Assembly: GCA_964464495.1 (NCBI GenBank)
Contig: CAYXGI010000002.1
Location: 115,927-179,926 of the forward strand
Length of the DNA: 64,000 bases
Reading direction: 5' to 3'
DNA from: an uncultured Phycisphaerales bacterium
GTDB taxonomy: Bacteria > Planctomycetota > B15-G4 > CAYZWU01
A model generated the notes under the pieces. The model searched no databases, was not told the DNA's origin, and saw only the letters and a list, made by a program, of their open reading frames with translations. The position numbers and the translations under genes were made by a program. Every line of letters starts with the position of its first letter. Position 1 is the first letter of the stretch. This document shows, piece after piece, positions 1-9,622 of the stretch.

Positions 1-582
1 GATCTGGCCTGCCAGCTGGCGCGAAGGCGGAAGGCCGGGAGCAAAGGTCGCAATGTCCTGGGAGTATCCGCCTCCACTGAAACACGCTTCGCGGATGATC
101 ATAACCAGAACGCCCTTGTCTTTCAGCGGGCGAGTCCATCTCTTGAGATCGAGATCGGTGATGAGTGATTCGATCTCGAATCCAGCACCATCGTCGCTTT
201 CTATCGTGTCCCATGTGAAAAAGGCCCGCACCGGCGCCCCCCCCACGAGTACTTTCGATGCGTGTCCTGAAAAGTATATGAACAACCGGTCGCCGGAGGC
301 GGCTTCACGCGAGACTTCCCGCAACGCTCTCATGACTCCCGTTCGAGTCACGGCAGCGTCGACGATCGTGCGAATGTTGGTTGACGGCACGCCGACCTCG
401 GCGACGAGGCTCTTTTCAAGTATGCGCAGGTTTTCTTCGACGGAAGGGAGTGCCCATTTGTTGCTGGCATAGCGTCCGGCTCCGATGAGCAAGGCTCTAT
501 CCGCGCCTGAAGCAGGAACAGCCATGAAGGTGAAGATGACGCTTGCCAGGAGGGCCCTTGCGAATGGATGGAAATGCTTCAT
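1..582 (-). CDS. Caspase-like (peptidase C14) domain protein, secreted. 3'-partial: it runs off the left edge of the window.
   Basis: Not in the ORF track because it has no in-window stop; I translated it by hand. The minus-strand frame starting at ATG (complement 582..580) gives MKHFHPFARALLASVIFTFMAVPASG (signal peptide), then ALLIGAGRYA, FIYFSGHA (His-dyad position) and EACFSGG (Cys-dyad position). These are the caspase/metacaspase His-Cys catalytic dyad motifs. The plus-strand ORF 53..472 is its shadow. Confidence 0.6.
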   Translation of the reverse strand, partial: MKHFHPFARALLASVIFTFMAVPASGADRALLIGAGRYASNKWALPSVEENLRILEKSLVAEVGVPSTNIRTIVDAAVTRTGVMRALREVSREAASGDRLFIYFSGHASKVLVGGAPVRAFFTWDTIESDDGAGFEIESLITDLDLKRWTRPLKDKGVLVMIIREACFSGGGYSQDIATFAPGLPPSRQLAGQI

Positions 583-818
583 TGTCTTGTCCCCTGTCTG
601 TGATGCCGAGAATCGAAGTGCGGTAGTTTGCTTTGGAGGTGCATTCCACACCCGACTGCGGCAGCAGCTTATTTATATCACGGAAAGACAATCGAATCCA
701 TCGATCGCCCCGCGCGCTCCAACTAAACGAATCAGTTGACTCGCCCACATTTTAAAGGACAATCACAACACTTCGCCTGACATGAAGTCACTGCCACGGT
801 CCGCGAGAAAAAACTCTC

Positions 819-3221
819 ATGAGCGAAATCACCAAGCGCAAGTCTTTCCGACGATTCGGCTCCGTTTCCCTTCTGTGCATCCTGATCCATCTCACGGGAT
901 GTTCGGAAGACGGTTTTGTCGTTGATCGAAAGTACGACTTTCTCGTCAACATCGGATCAGCAGAGATCACAACCCAGGGGAAGAAAATCGATCCGCTCAG
1001 CCTGCTCCTCCCGGCGCCCCCGTGGACCGAAGACGAGCGGCTCTTCTACCCCGCTCCTCCGCGTACGACTATCCGATTCAGAAATGTCCCCCTGGGAAAA
1101 AAGGCGGCGCTCAAAGTAGGAATGGGCCTCCTCCGGACATCGGCCGAACCGGAGCACTTCGACAAGAACAGCAAGATCACCTTTCGAATCGATCTCGAAA
1201 CCGAGGGGCGCCGCTTTTCGCTGCTTGATCGAGACGTCGCCACATCGGCTCTGACGCGCGGAGTTTTCGACGAGGAACGGATCGAACTCCCCGAACATGG
1301 CGCGGTACGGGGCGACTTCGTCTTCTACTCACACAAGAGCCCCGGGTTGGAATCGCTCCAGTCAGCCTGGCGCAGCCCCTTGCTCATATCCGAAGGACGG
1401 CCCGTCAACGCGAACGAAGCGAGTGTGTCTTGCCAACAGCGCATCGCGCTTCTTCTCGATCATCTCAGCGACGAAGCAGAGGCCGATCGAAGCTCCTTCA
1501 GAGCCGATTTCGATGAGAATAAAAAGGAGTTTCTTCCCGATCCCCAGGGCCGTCTTCTGATGCAGAACGTGCCATCGTCCAAGTCCTTCGATCTCGCTGT
1601 CCCGCCCGGTTGCTCCCTCGTCTTCGGCATCGCTTCGATCGGACGGACGGGAAAGACGAGCCACGAGATCCTCTTCGAAGTACGTGACGGGGAAAAGGTT
1701 CTCTTCAGCGAATCGCTTCCCGCCACGGGGCAGGCTTCTTCCCGCAAGATCTCCGTTCCGCTCCGGTTCAGAAACGGAGAATCCACTTCCCTATCGCTCA
1801 CGACCTCCTTCTCTCAGGGAAACCGGAAAAAAGACGATACCGTGGCCATCTGGATCAATCCGGAAATCACGCGGACCGATCAGGTACGTCGGCAACACTT
1901 TTCGAGCGGAAAGAGCATCATCCTCATGGTTGTCGATGCTCTTCGGGCCGATCACATTTCAGGATACGGCTACGACCGAACCATCACTCCAAATCTTGAC
2001 CGATTTATCAAAAAGAGCGTTGTCTTTGAAAATGCCTGGTCCCAGAGTTCCTGGACCGTCCCGGCCACGGCGACTCTCCTCACCGGACAGTACTCGTACA
2101 CCCATGGTCTCTACGATGTGAATCACTGGTTTCTCGTTCCCGGGATCGCTACGATCACCGAAAATTTCCAGCGCTCGGGAATGACGACGGCGGCTTTTGT
2201 CGCCAATCATCTGATTTCGGCCGACAACAACTTCACCGTAGGTTTTGAGAACTTCCACAGCATACCCTGGTGCACCGCCGCTCAGCTGAACAACGCCTTC
2301 CTCAACTGGCTCGACAATCACAGCGATGAACGTTTCTTCGCCTATCTCCACTACATGGAGCCGCACATGCCCTATGCTGCTCCAGGAGAACGGCTCAATC
2401 GATTCGGGTCGACACCGGCGGAGTCCTCGAACCAGGATCGGTCCGGAGCGTTGATGTTTCATCTCGTGAAATCACTCAAAGAGCTGGCAGGACCGGCCGA
2501 TCGTTCAAGAGACTTCGATGATCAGCTCGAAGCAGAAATCGAAGAGCTCATCGACCTCTACGACTCGGAGATCGCCTACTGGGATCAACGATTCGGCCTG
2601 CTCGTCGACGACCTCGCCGCGCGAGGGATTCTCGAGGACACGATCATCATCGTAACCAGCGATCATGGAGAGGAGTTCATGGACCACGGCCAGGTCCAGC
2701 ACGGCCAGAGCCTGCACAGAGAATTGCTCCATGTGCCGCTCATATTCGGCAATACCCCCTTTGGCGCGTCGAGACGCATGGATATGGCCGGTCTCATCGA
2801 CGTGGCGCCGACCCTGCTCGCTCTTGCCGGGGACGGCAATCCGAAGGGTGGTGGCGAACGGGAAAATCTGCACGCAGGCATCGATCTCTTTGGCGAGGCA
2901 CCGGAAGGTAGAGTTCTCTTTGCCGAAACCGCCCACGGCCTGCACCATCTCGGCGCGGCAATGAGTGTTCAGCAGGCTGTCTTCACCAACGACTTGAAAG
3001 GAATCCTGACCTGCGACGACGGACACCTCGCACTCTATGACCGCCGTCAGGACAGGTATGAAGAAAAGGATCTCGCCGAAGAACGCCCTGAAACCGCAGC
3101 GCGTCTGAAAAAACTCATATCCCAATGGATCGACGAGTGCCGATCGACAGCGCCTTTCAACATCAGTCTCTTCGACGCGTCGGCAATGAAACAGCTGGAA
3201 GCGATCGGCTATCTGAAATAG
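819..3221 (+). CDS. Sulfatase-like hydrolase of the alkaline-phosphatase superfamily (probable Thr nucleophile), with a ~440-aa N-terminal domain of unknown function. Lipoprotein signal.
   Basis: 800-aa ORF. N-terminus LLCILIHLTGC is a lipobox. The C-terminal half has VVDALRADH...TPNLDRF...SSWTVPATATLLTG...IIIVTSDHGEEF, which are PF00884-type motifs. The CxPxR formylglycine motif is replaced by W-T-V-P-A-T, which is a Thr/Ser-type nucleophile context. Confidence 0.7.
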   Translation: MSEITKRKSFRRFGSVSLLCILIHLTGCSEDGFVVDRKYDFLVNIGSAEITTQGKKIDPLSLLLPAPPWTEDERLFYPAPPRTTIRFRNVPLGKKAALKVGMGLLRTSAEPEHFDKNSKITFRIDLETEGRRFSLLDRDVATSALTRGVFDEERIELPEHGAVRGDFVFYSHKSPGLESLQSAWRSPLLISEGRPVNANEASVSCQQRIALLLDHLSDEAEADRSSFRADFDENKKEFLPDPQGRLLMQNVPSSKSFDLAVPPGCSLVFGIASIGRTGKTSHEILFEVRDGEKVLFSESLPATGQASSRKISVPLRFRNGESTSLSLTTSFSQGNRKKDDTVAIWINPEITRTDQVRRQHFSSGKSIILMVVDALRADHISGYGYDRTITPNLDRFIKKSVVFENAWSQSSWTVPATATLLTGQYSYTHGLYDVNHWFLVPGIATITENFQRSGMTTAAFVANHLISADNNFTVGFENFHSIPWCTAAQLNNAFLNWLDNHSDERFFAYLHYMEPHMPYAAPGERLNRFGSTPAESSNQDRSGALMFHLVKSLKELAGPADRSRDFDDQLEAEIEELIDLYDSEIAYWDQRFGLLVDDLAARGILEDTIIIVTSDHGEEFMDHGQVQHGQSLHRELLHVPLIFGNTPFGASRRMDMAGLIDVAPTLLALAGDGNPKGGGERENLHAGIDLFGEAPEGRVLFAETAHGLHHLGAAMSVQQAVFTNDLKGILTCDDGHLALYDRRQDRYEEKDLAEERPETAARLKKLISQWIDECRSTAPFNISLFDASAMKQLEAIGYLK

Positions 3222-3227
3222 CGTCGA

Positions 3228-6200
3228 TCAGTACTTCATTCTGATCTTGACAAAATTGACCTGCGGCTTGGGGCTCGTCGGGGTCAACTGGTAGGGTTCC
3301 TTGGCCGTGTTCAGCTCCACCTTGAAGCGGATAAACTGCTTCCCGCTCAGAGTGGTGATATCGGCGGTCCACGCCGTGAGCGAATCCGGGTCAGGCACCT
3401 TGGAACCGAGCACAACCGGATCGGCCCCCTGGAAGAGTACCCTCACCTCGTTCTCGTCGGGAATGTAGTTCACCGTTCCGTTGTCCCAGTCTGGAGCGTA
3501 GACCTCGATGTCGTTGCTCTCCGGATTGGGAATGTGTCCGTTCTGGGTGATCACAAGTCCGGAGGAGAGGTCGATGCCGGTAAAACCGAGAAAATAGGGA
3601 GCTGGATATCCACTCACGGGATCGCGGTGTACGATCTGACCCATGTCGATCCACTTGGACAATCCGTACGAAAGAGGTCCGAGTGTGGTGGGAGTCTTGG
3701 CGGGATCGACAAGACAGTCCTCATCGGGATCGTCGTAGGTTTTCGGAAATTCCGAGTCAGGCGTGTAATTCAACTTGTAGTGATAGTACTTCTGAAGACA
3801 GTTCTGATTGGGGTTGCAACCACACTCGGTCGGCGCCCCGTCGCAGATCGCGTTACTTCCCCAGGTTTCGCCGTACCAATCCACTTTCACGATATCGGCG
3901 AAGATCGATTTCGGATCGGCGATCTCCAGGTCGTTTTGCCAATCGGGAACCTGCAATTGCACCAGTCCGTAACCGCCGGGACCGCCGTCCCCGACCGACC
4001 AGTTGCAGTAGCTCGCCCTGTGGCGCCTCGTGGGCTGGAGACAAGGGTTCGTTTTGAATGCCGACCAGTTCTGGTTATTGTTATTCGTCCAGGTGACTTC
4101 TTTGGCGTCCCCAGGGTAGCCACCAGACATATTGATGAAGGAATTATAGTTGATCTGTATTCGCTTTGCCGAATCGAGAATGACGGCACCGCCGCTTCCG
4201 CCGCCCCCTGCGCCACCGAAATTCCCGTGGCCGATGACCTCGCCCACACCGCCTTCGCCTCCATTGGCGAGAATCGTTCCGCCGGGCCAGAGGATGATCT
4301 CGTCGAGCGCGTAAATCGCCAGCGCGCCGCCGCCACCGCCTCCGCCACCGCCCTTGGCATCGTAGGCGCTACGGTCAAGGGGTGGAAACCAGCCCGCCGC
4401 GGCCCCAATCGTGGCGGGATTCATGCTGTCCAGACGTGAGCCTGCACCGCCTCCGCCCTGTCCACCCTGGATAGAGAGCAGCTCGCCTCCAAGACCGATG
4501 AAGTCATTTTCCGTATCGGCGTCGTTGAAGGGCCAGATTCCAGGATCGCCCCCCTGGGGATGCTGACACCAGTAACGGTGTTCTTCCCCGAACTCGGACG
4601 GAGCACCGTCATCCCACCACCATGAATCCCTCTCGAAGTAGCGGGCGGGAAGATCAGAATCGGCACCGTATTTTCCCATGCCGTGGTATCCGAAGCCACC
4701 GAGTTGCAGGAAGGAGCCGCCACCTCCACCCGAGCCGCGAGAATCATCGTCCGGGGCCGAACCGAGATAAGGAACATCGGTCCCCTTGGCGCCGCACTGC
4801 CCTCCCACGCCGCCGATCTGCTTCAGGTTGCTTGGGCCCCAACCGCTTTCACCCATCATGGGCGACCTCAGATCTGTCAAGAGCTGAAAATCCTCCGGCT
4901 TCGGCGGATTCGACATTCCTCCGCGCCCGCCGCCCGGGCCGCCGATCCCGCCTGGCGTCGGTGTGAAAGCCGAATTGAAAGTGGGATCGTCCATCCCGTC
5001 GATTCCTGAGACATCGATGATACCGGTGATTTCCACTCGGCCCGTAGCAGTGAAGATCAGAGGGTTCGAACCAAGACCTCTCACGGTCACGTCAGCGGGA
5101 ATGATGATATCGTGAAAGTTGAACACCCCTCCGGTCACCACCGTCGGCTTTCGCACACCGGGCGTCGATCCGTCAAACAGAGGGAGAGGCTGGTAGTCGG
5201 TATCGAGAAGAACAGTCGGGAAAACACCGAGCGGTTTGAAATCGCCCAGATTTCCTTCACCGCTCATCCCGTATGTCGCGAGGAGATGTTCGTACTCAGG
5301 CGGATTGGCATCCACGTCGTTCACGGCCCAGTTGGCGGGCGCGAGCCCCTCCAACATGGCATTGCCCTGCCAGTCAACGCTGAGGAAGTCCTCGTGGAAC
5401 CTGTCATCCACTTCGCCCGCTCCCGGATCGAATGTGAAGAAAGTGGCGAGCAAGTCTGCCTCGGCAGCGATTCGACCCGAATCAGCGGGATCGACGCCTT
5501 CCTGGTTGGCGAGGCTTCCGAGGCTGATGTTTTGCAGCCCGCGCCGAATCAAGAGCTCGATTCGAGTCCCGAAGGGGAGGATGCCGTTGGGAGCCAACAC
5601 CACCTTGGATCCCGTGTAAGAGTTGCTCACCAGATCGATGCGGGTTCCGAGTTCCGTCACCGATCCGGTCATATCGAGCAAGGACTTGTTATCCAGGCCG
5701 GTGAGAGTGAATTGCTCGGGGCCGACAATGTCGTAATTCTCGATGTCGAAGGTATCCACCTTCAAACCGTCCCGGTTGTAGAGAGCGAGGCGATTGAATC
5801 CCATCATGCCGATCGAAGTGTAGTCCTCTGATACTTGGTAGACCTGGTCTGCCTGAACAGGATCGGAATAGGGATCGATTTCCCAGACCGTGGAGATCGC
5901 AACAGGTGAACCGGAATTGACCACCGACACGGCGTACATGATTCCATCGTGGCGGACAGCGAGGTCCCAGAGCGGACCGGCAGTCGACGTCCCAATATCG
6001 ACCAAGTCGGTCACAGCGCCTGTCTCCGTGTCGATCGATAAGACAATACCCAGATCATAATCGATGCCGTAAAGGGTGCCATCCTGACCCAGAGCCAGTC
6101 CGCGCACAGTGGTCGCTCCACCGAAAGTCACCGGGCTGTAAATGCGGCAGATATCAGCATACTTGAGATTCTTGTACTCGACTTTATAGAGTTCGGATCC

Positions 6201-7256
6201 GCTCGATCCATACATCACGCCCGCACCATCGACGACGATGCTCTTCAGTCCGGTGATCGTGTAAGGGCTTGTTGCCAGTCGCGTGACACCGATCAGCGAG
6301 ACTTCCCCCGTGGCCCGATTGACCTCGAAAATCCCGGGATCATCGGATGTCCCGACATCGAGTGCCGCAAGACAAACAGGAGCCGAGTAGATCATGAAAA
6401 TATTCTCGTCGTCGATCGTGTCGCCGTCGAGATCGAGTCTCTTTCCGGCGATGTTTTCCTCATCGCTGTGAAGGGGTTGGTCGAATTCGACGAACAGCTC
6501 GCTCTGCGCCGGGAAACCGGGCAGATCGTCTTCGTAAGTATTGATCGCCACATCGACCTCGCCGTCTCCAGGATAGTTATTCACCACCGCCGGCGGCGTG
6601 GTCGGATGGTTCGAATAAAAAAGATTGGGAAGATCGGCGGTGCAGGTCGTGAAGCGGATCGGGTTCGACACGGTCTTCCTCATCCCTTTGAGATTCGAGA
6701 TCGTGCCTCCCAATCCGATCGGAACATAAATGATGTACTCCATGTCAGGAAGCAAGCCGGGCACCTCGTCGAGAGTTGCGTTGACAGAAAAATTGATCTC
6801 CTCAACAGGAAAATAGGGAGTGAAGACCACCCTGTTGCCCATACGCTCGTAGACACCTCGCGCCGGGATGATGCTCCGGTCGCGATCGACAGCGAGGTCA
6901 GGACCCGTAAAATTCGAATCGAGAAGCGCGTAGATCTGCAGCGAATCATAGACAGCAGGTTCCTCGATCTCGACCCTCGCCGGTCCGTCAGGAGTGCCGG
7001 AGAAGGTGAAAATGACCTGCTGGCCGAGCGGGCCGCCTGCCGGAGGACTCTGGGTCGCACCGGTCAGATCTGTCCAAGCAGGGAAGGTGATCGATTCGAG
7101 AATGATCCCATCCCCATCGGCCTGAGCGCCGGTGCCCACTCCACCACTGCCACCGCCTCCGCCTCCCCCGCAGGAGCAGAGCAAGGTCACAAAAAAAAGG
7201 CATGCCAGAAGAGCTGGTAGCCTTTGGGCTTTCGGAATATAAGAAAAGGATTCCAT
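3228..7256 (-). CDS. Giant secreted lipoprotein (1342 aa) with beta-propeller-like and beta-helix-like repeats and long poly-Gly tracts. Function unknown.
   Basis: The ORF starts MESF..LLACLFFVTLLCSCGGGGGGGSGG, a lipobox followed by a Gly tract. Internal repeats such as GIVLSIDTETGAVTDLVDIG look propeller-like. There are G10-plus low-complexity runs (GGGGGGGGGGALAIY, GGAGGGGSGGAVIL). An AAGGG SD-like motif lies 7-8 nt upstream of the ATG. The numerous overlapping ORFs on both strands in this span are GC-rich shadows. Confidence 0.7.
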   Translation of the reverse strand: MESFSYIPKAQRLPALLACLFFVTLLCSCGGGGGGGSGGVGTGAQADGDGIILESITFPAWTDLTGATQSPPAGGPLGQQVIFTFSGTPDGPARVEIEEPAVYDSLQIYALLDSNFTGPDLAVDRDRSIIPARGVYERMGNRVVFTPYFPVEEINFSVNATLDEVPGLLPDMEYIIYVPIGLGGTISNLKGMRKTVSNPIRFTTCTADLPNLFYSNHPTTPPAVVNNYPGDGEVDVAINTYEDDLPGFPAQSELFVEFDQPLHSDEENIAGKRLDLDGDTIDDENIFMIYSAPVCLAALDVGTSDDPGIFEVNRATGEVSLIGVTRLATSPYTITGLKSIVVDGAGVMYGSSGSELYKVEYKNLKYADICRIYSPVTFGGATTVRGLALGQDGTLYGIDYDLGIVLSIDTETGAVTDLVDIGTSTAGPLWDLAVRHDGIMYAVSVVNSGSPVAISTVWEIDPYSDPVQADQVYQVSEDYTSIGMMGFNRLALYNRDGLKVDTFDIENYDIVGPEQFTLTGLDNKSLLDMTGSVTELGTRIDLVSNSYTGSKVVLAPNGILPFGTRIELLIRRGLQNISLGSLANQEGVDPADSGRIAAEADLLATFFTFDPGAGEVDDRFHEDFLSVDWQGNAMLEGLAPANWAVNDVDANPPEYEHLLATYGMSGEGNLGDFKPLGVFPTVLLDTDYQPLPLFDGSTPGVRKPTVVTGGVFNFHDIIIPADVTVRGLGSNPLIFTATGRVEITGIIDVSGIDGMDDPTFNSAFTPTPGGIGGPGGGRGGMSNPPKPEDFQLLTDLRSPMMGESGWGPSNLKQIGGVGGQCGAKGTDVPYLGSAPDDDSRGSGGGGGSFLQLGGFGYHGMGKYGADSDLPARYFERDSWWWDDGAPSEFGEEHRYWCQHPQGGDPGIWPFNDADTENDFIGLGGELLSIQGGQGGGGAGSRLDSMNPATIGAAAGWFPPLDRSAYDAKGGGGGGGGGALAIYALDEIILWPGGTILANGGEGGVGEVIGHGNFGGAGGGGSGGAVILDSAKRIQINYNSFINMSGGYPGDAKEVTWTNNNNQNWSAFKTNPCLQPTRRHRASYCNWSVGDGGPGGYGLVQLQVPDWQNDLEIADPKSIFADIVKVDWYGETWGSNAICDGAPTECGCNPNQNCLQKYYHYKLNYTPDSEFPKTYDDPDEDCLVDPAKTPTTLGPLSYGLSKWIDMGQIVHRDPVSGYPAPYFLGFTGIDLSSGLVITQNGHIPNPESNDIEVYAPDWDNGTVNYIPDENEVRVLFQGADPVVLGSKVPDPDSLTAWTADITTLSGKQFIRFKVELNTAKEPYQLTPTSPKPQVNFVKIRMKY

Positions 7257-7657
7257 GATGTTACCCTTAGTTCTGCCTGGGCCTTCGAATCGAGAGGACT
7301 GCGACCTCGCCGCAGTGCTTCTAACCTCTATCTATTAAACTAGTCTCAATTTCTGATCATGGCAACAAAGATAGTCACCGCCGTCAGTTGACTTCAAAAC
7401 CCGGGGGATCGAGCCCTCCTCAGTCTTCTGCTTAACTATTGTATCGTTAAGGCTTTCTGTTCTCTTGAATCAATTTTATCCGCTGGCGATATAATTGAAA
7501 AAAAATATCCTTCCTCGACAGAACTTTTCTGAAAAAAAGAATCGCGATCTCCTTTCTTAACATCTTTCCTCTTCGAAGGTTGCACAGAACCGCTCAGCGG
7601 CGATCGCCTGATGAGACCGGCGCCGATCTCCCACAGAGATCACGCTGCAGAATCGGA

Positions 7658-8635
7658 TCAGAAGGCGGCGCCGATTCGTTTCACGAGCGCGGCGCGGAGC
7701 GCGGCACTCTCGCCACCGCCCTCGTCAGAAAGAACCAGAAGGAGAAACTTTTTGGCAAGACAGACCTCGATGACCTTGCCCTTGACGCTGACCGTCCGGA
7801 GCAAACCTCGGTCGATGCCGCATTCAGCGTAATCTGGATTGCGTCGGATTTCTGCCGATACCCGCTCGAATTGTTCTTCCGCACGCCGCGCTCCCTGGTA
7901 GGCGAAGACAAAAACGCGGCAACCATTGTCATAATCGCCCTTCACCACCTCTTCGGCATCGAAAACATAACCTGTGAATAACCTCTGGCAATTGAACAGT
8001 GCGAGCGGCCCGGTCATGTAAACGACGCTTTGCTCGACAAGGCCTTCGACACGCAGCAGATCGACGATGCGCGGCTCGTCGAAGTCGATCTCGATCATGG
8101 CATCGACAGCGTGGGCGATCGCTTCCAGTCCGGCAATGGTTTCCGCACTCTGATCGAATCCGGTCAAGGTGAACAAGAAGGGGCCTTTCCAGACGTTGGC
8201 GTAGTAATCGACCAGCACTCCGCTGCCGCTTACCTTGAGAGGACGGCCTTCAGATCCCTTTTTCAAGGACCAGATTCCGAAGGCCGCCTCTGGTTGGGCC
8301 ATCTCGTAGATCTCGAGTGTGATTCGCCCGCGGCCCTTGATGTAGTCCTGCACGATGACCCGCTCGAACCCGTACTCATGGTAGATCTCAGCCCCGCCGT
8401 TGATGAAGGCATAAAGATCTTCCCCCTCGTAGACCCTCGGTTTCCGGTCGGGCTGCCACTGATCGAGCCGGGCGGGATCGGGCAGGTAAAGGTCGAAATC
8501 GAAGGATGCGGCCGGACCGGACGGCTCCTCCCTCTCTGAACCGCACTGGCACAACGCGAGCGTTGTCATCAGTGCAGTCAAAACCTGGATCAGCAGATTC
8601 CGCAATCGCATCCGATGGTATCCGGGGCGCCTCAT
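7658..8635 (-). CDS. Hypothetical lipoprotein.
   Basis: 325-aa ORF. N-terminus LTALMTTLALCQCG is a lipobox. The start ATG overlaps the stop of the upstream DUF362-like gene (ATGA). I see no recognisable catalytic motif. Confidence 0.6.
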   Translation of the reverse strand: MRRPGYHRMRLRNLLIQVLTALMTTLALCQCGSEREEPSGPAASFDFDLYLPDPARLDQWQPDRKPRVYEGEDLYAFINGGAEIYHEYGFERVIVQDYIKGRGRITLEIYEMAQPEAAFGIWSLKKGSEGRPLKVSGSGVLVDYYANVWKGPFLFTLTGFDQSAETIAGLEAIAHAVDAMIEIDFDEPRIVDLLRVEGLVEQSVVYMTGPLALFNCQRLFTGYVFDAEEVVKGDYDNGCRVFVFAYQGARRAEEQFERVSAEIRRNPDYAECGIDRGLLRTVSVKGKVIEVCLAKKFLLLVLSDEGGGESAALRAALVKRIGAAF

Positions 8636-9588
8636 ATCTCTATTTCCCTGAGATCTTTCCGCGACAGATCGATCTCACCCAGTCCATGATCATGGCCCGA
8701 TCTTATCATGACGATTTCTCCAGGATCCAGATCCCAGAGGGACGCGCAGTAGGCATCGATCGCCACCCGGTCCTGCCCTGCAACGACCTTCTTGGGATGA
8801 TGGAGCTTCCCCGGGCCGAAGGGTCCGTTCGTGATGATGAACTCCGTGGCATCGACAATGCAGAGGACGGGTCTTACGGCAGTATTCAAGTCGGCGATGC
8901 ACTGATCGAGATGCTCGATATTGTCGTTCTTGAAGTTCCCCGTATGAAAAGCCCTGTTCGAACGAGGCGAGTTGAGGCCCATGAGATTCTTCATCGTGCC
9001 CGTGAACTTGTTGCCCATATGATCCTTGGTGATCGGAATATTGATAAAGACATCGTATTCGAAAAAAAGCTCCATGAGACGCGCCTCTTTCAGGATCTTT
9101 CCTTGCGGCACCGCGACCGTTCGAAAGAGGGACTCATCCTTTCCGTCGACGAGTTTCAGGGTTGCGCCGCCATCTTCGGCAGCCTGCGCCAGCCCCGTCG
9201 ATTCCCACGACGACCGCGGCAGCCAGCTCGGGCAATCAACGCACTTTGAACCTGCCTGCGCGCACAGATCGATGACCGCGCGCACGATGTCGGGGCTCGT
9301 GAAAGCGCCGGGATTGTTCCGCTGGGTGTTGGGCAAGATGCAGACCTTCGCTCCATCGAAGACGAACCGTTTCATACCGCCGAGAATCTCGATCGCCTTC
9401 ACCGTCTGGGCATACCTGTCCTCGCCCTTGACCACCGCTATGATCGAAGGATCGGCCGATTGGGTCTGAGCAGGCTCATCGCCATGATGACACGATATGG
9501 TGCCGAGCAGGTGGCCGCCCACCAGCGTGGCGGCGCCCATGTTGGCGCTCCTTTTGATGAACGCCCGCCGGGACAATTGATATTTCAT
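8632..9588 (-). CDS. Tat-signal secreted protein, DUF362-like.
   Basis: MKYQLSRRAFIKRSANMGAATLV is a twin-arginine signal. The core IIAVVKGEDRYAQTVKAIEILGG...KVCILPN...CIVDATEFIITNGPFGPG resembles DUF362-family proteins. This is from memory and is not certain. Confidence 0.55.
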   Translation of the reverse strand: MKYQLSRRAFIKRSANMGAATLVGGHLLGTISCHHGDEPAQTQSADPSIIAVVKGEDRYAQTVKAIEILGGMKRFVFDGAKVCILPNTQRNNPGAFTSPDIVRAVIDLCAQAGSKCVDCPSWLPRSSWESTGLAQAAEDGGATLKLVDGKDESLFRTVAVPQGKILKEARLMELFFEYDVFINIPITKDHMGNKFTGTMKNLMGLNSPRSNRAFHTGNFKNDNIEHLDQCIADLNTAVRPVLCIVDATEFIITNGPFGPGKLHHPKKVVAGQDRVAIDAYCASLWDLDPGEIVMIRSGHDHGLGEIDLSRKDLREIEI

Positions 9589-9622
9589 GGTCCGGTCCTT
9601 CCTCTTCCAAAAAGAATCTCTA

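Noticed and set aside
4190-4440. (GGN)n and poly-Gly-encoding repeats that look superficially like a repeat array
   Set aside because: They are in-frame low-complexity coding sequence of the lipoprotein gene. There are no spacer/repeat periodicity and no cas genes, so this is not a CRISPR array.
3391-7220. Many 60-300 aa ORFs on both strands inside the giant lipoprotein gene (e.g. 3534..4439, 5112..5831, 6468..7220)
   Set aside because: High-GC shadow ORFs. They are Arg/Pro/Gly-rich with no motifs and are fully nested in a long ORF that has coherent protein features.
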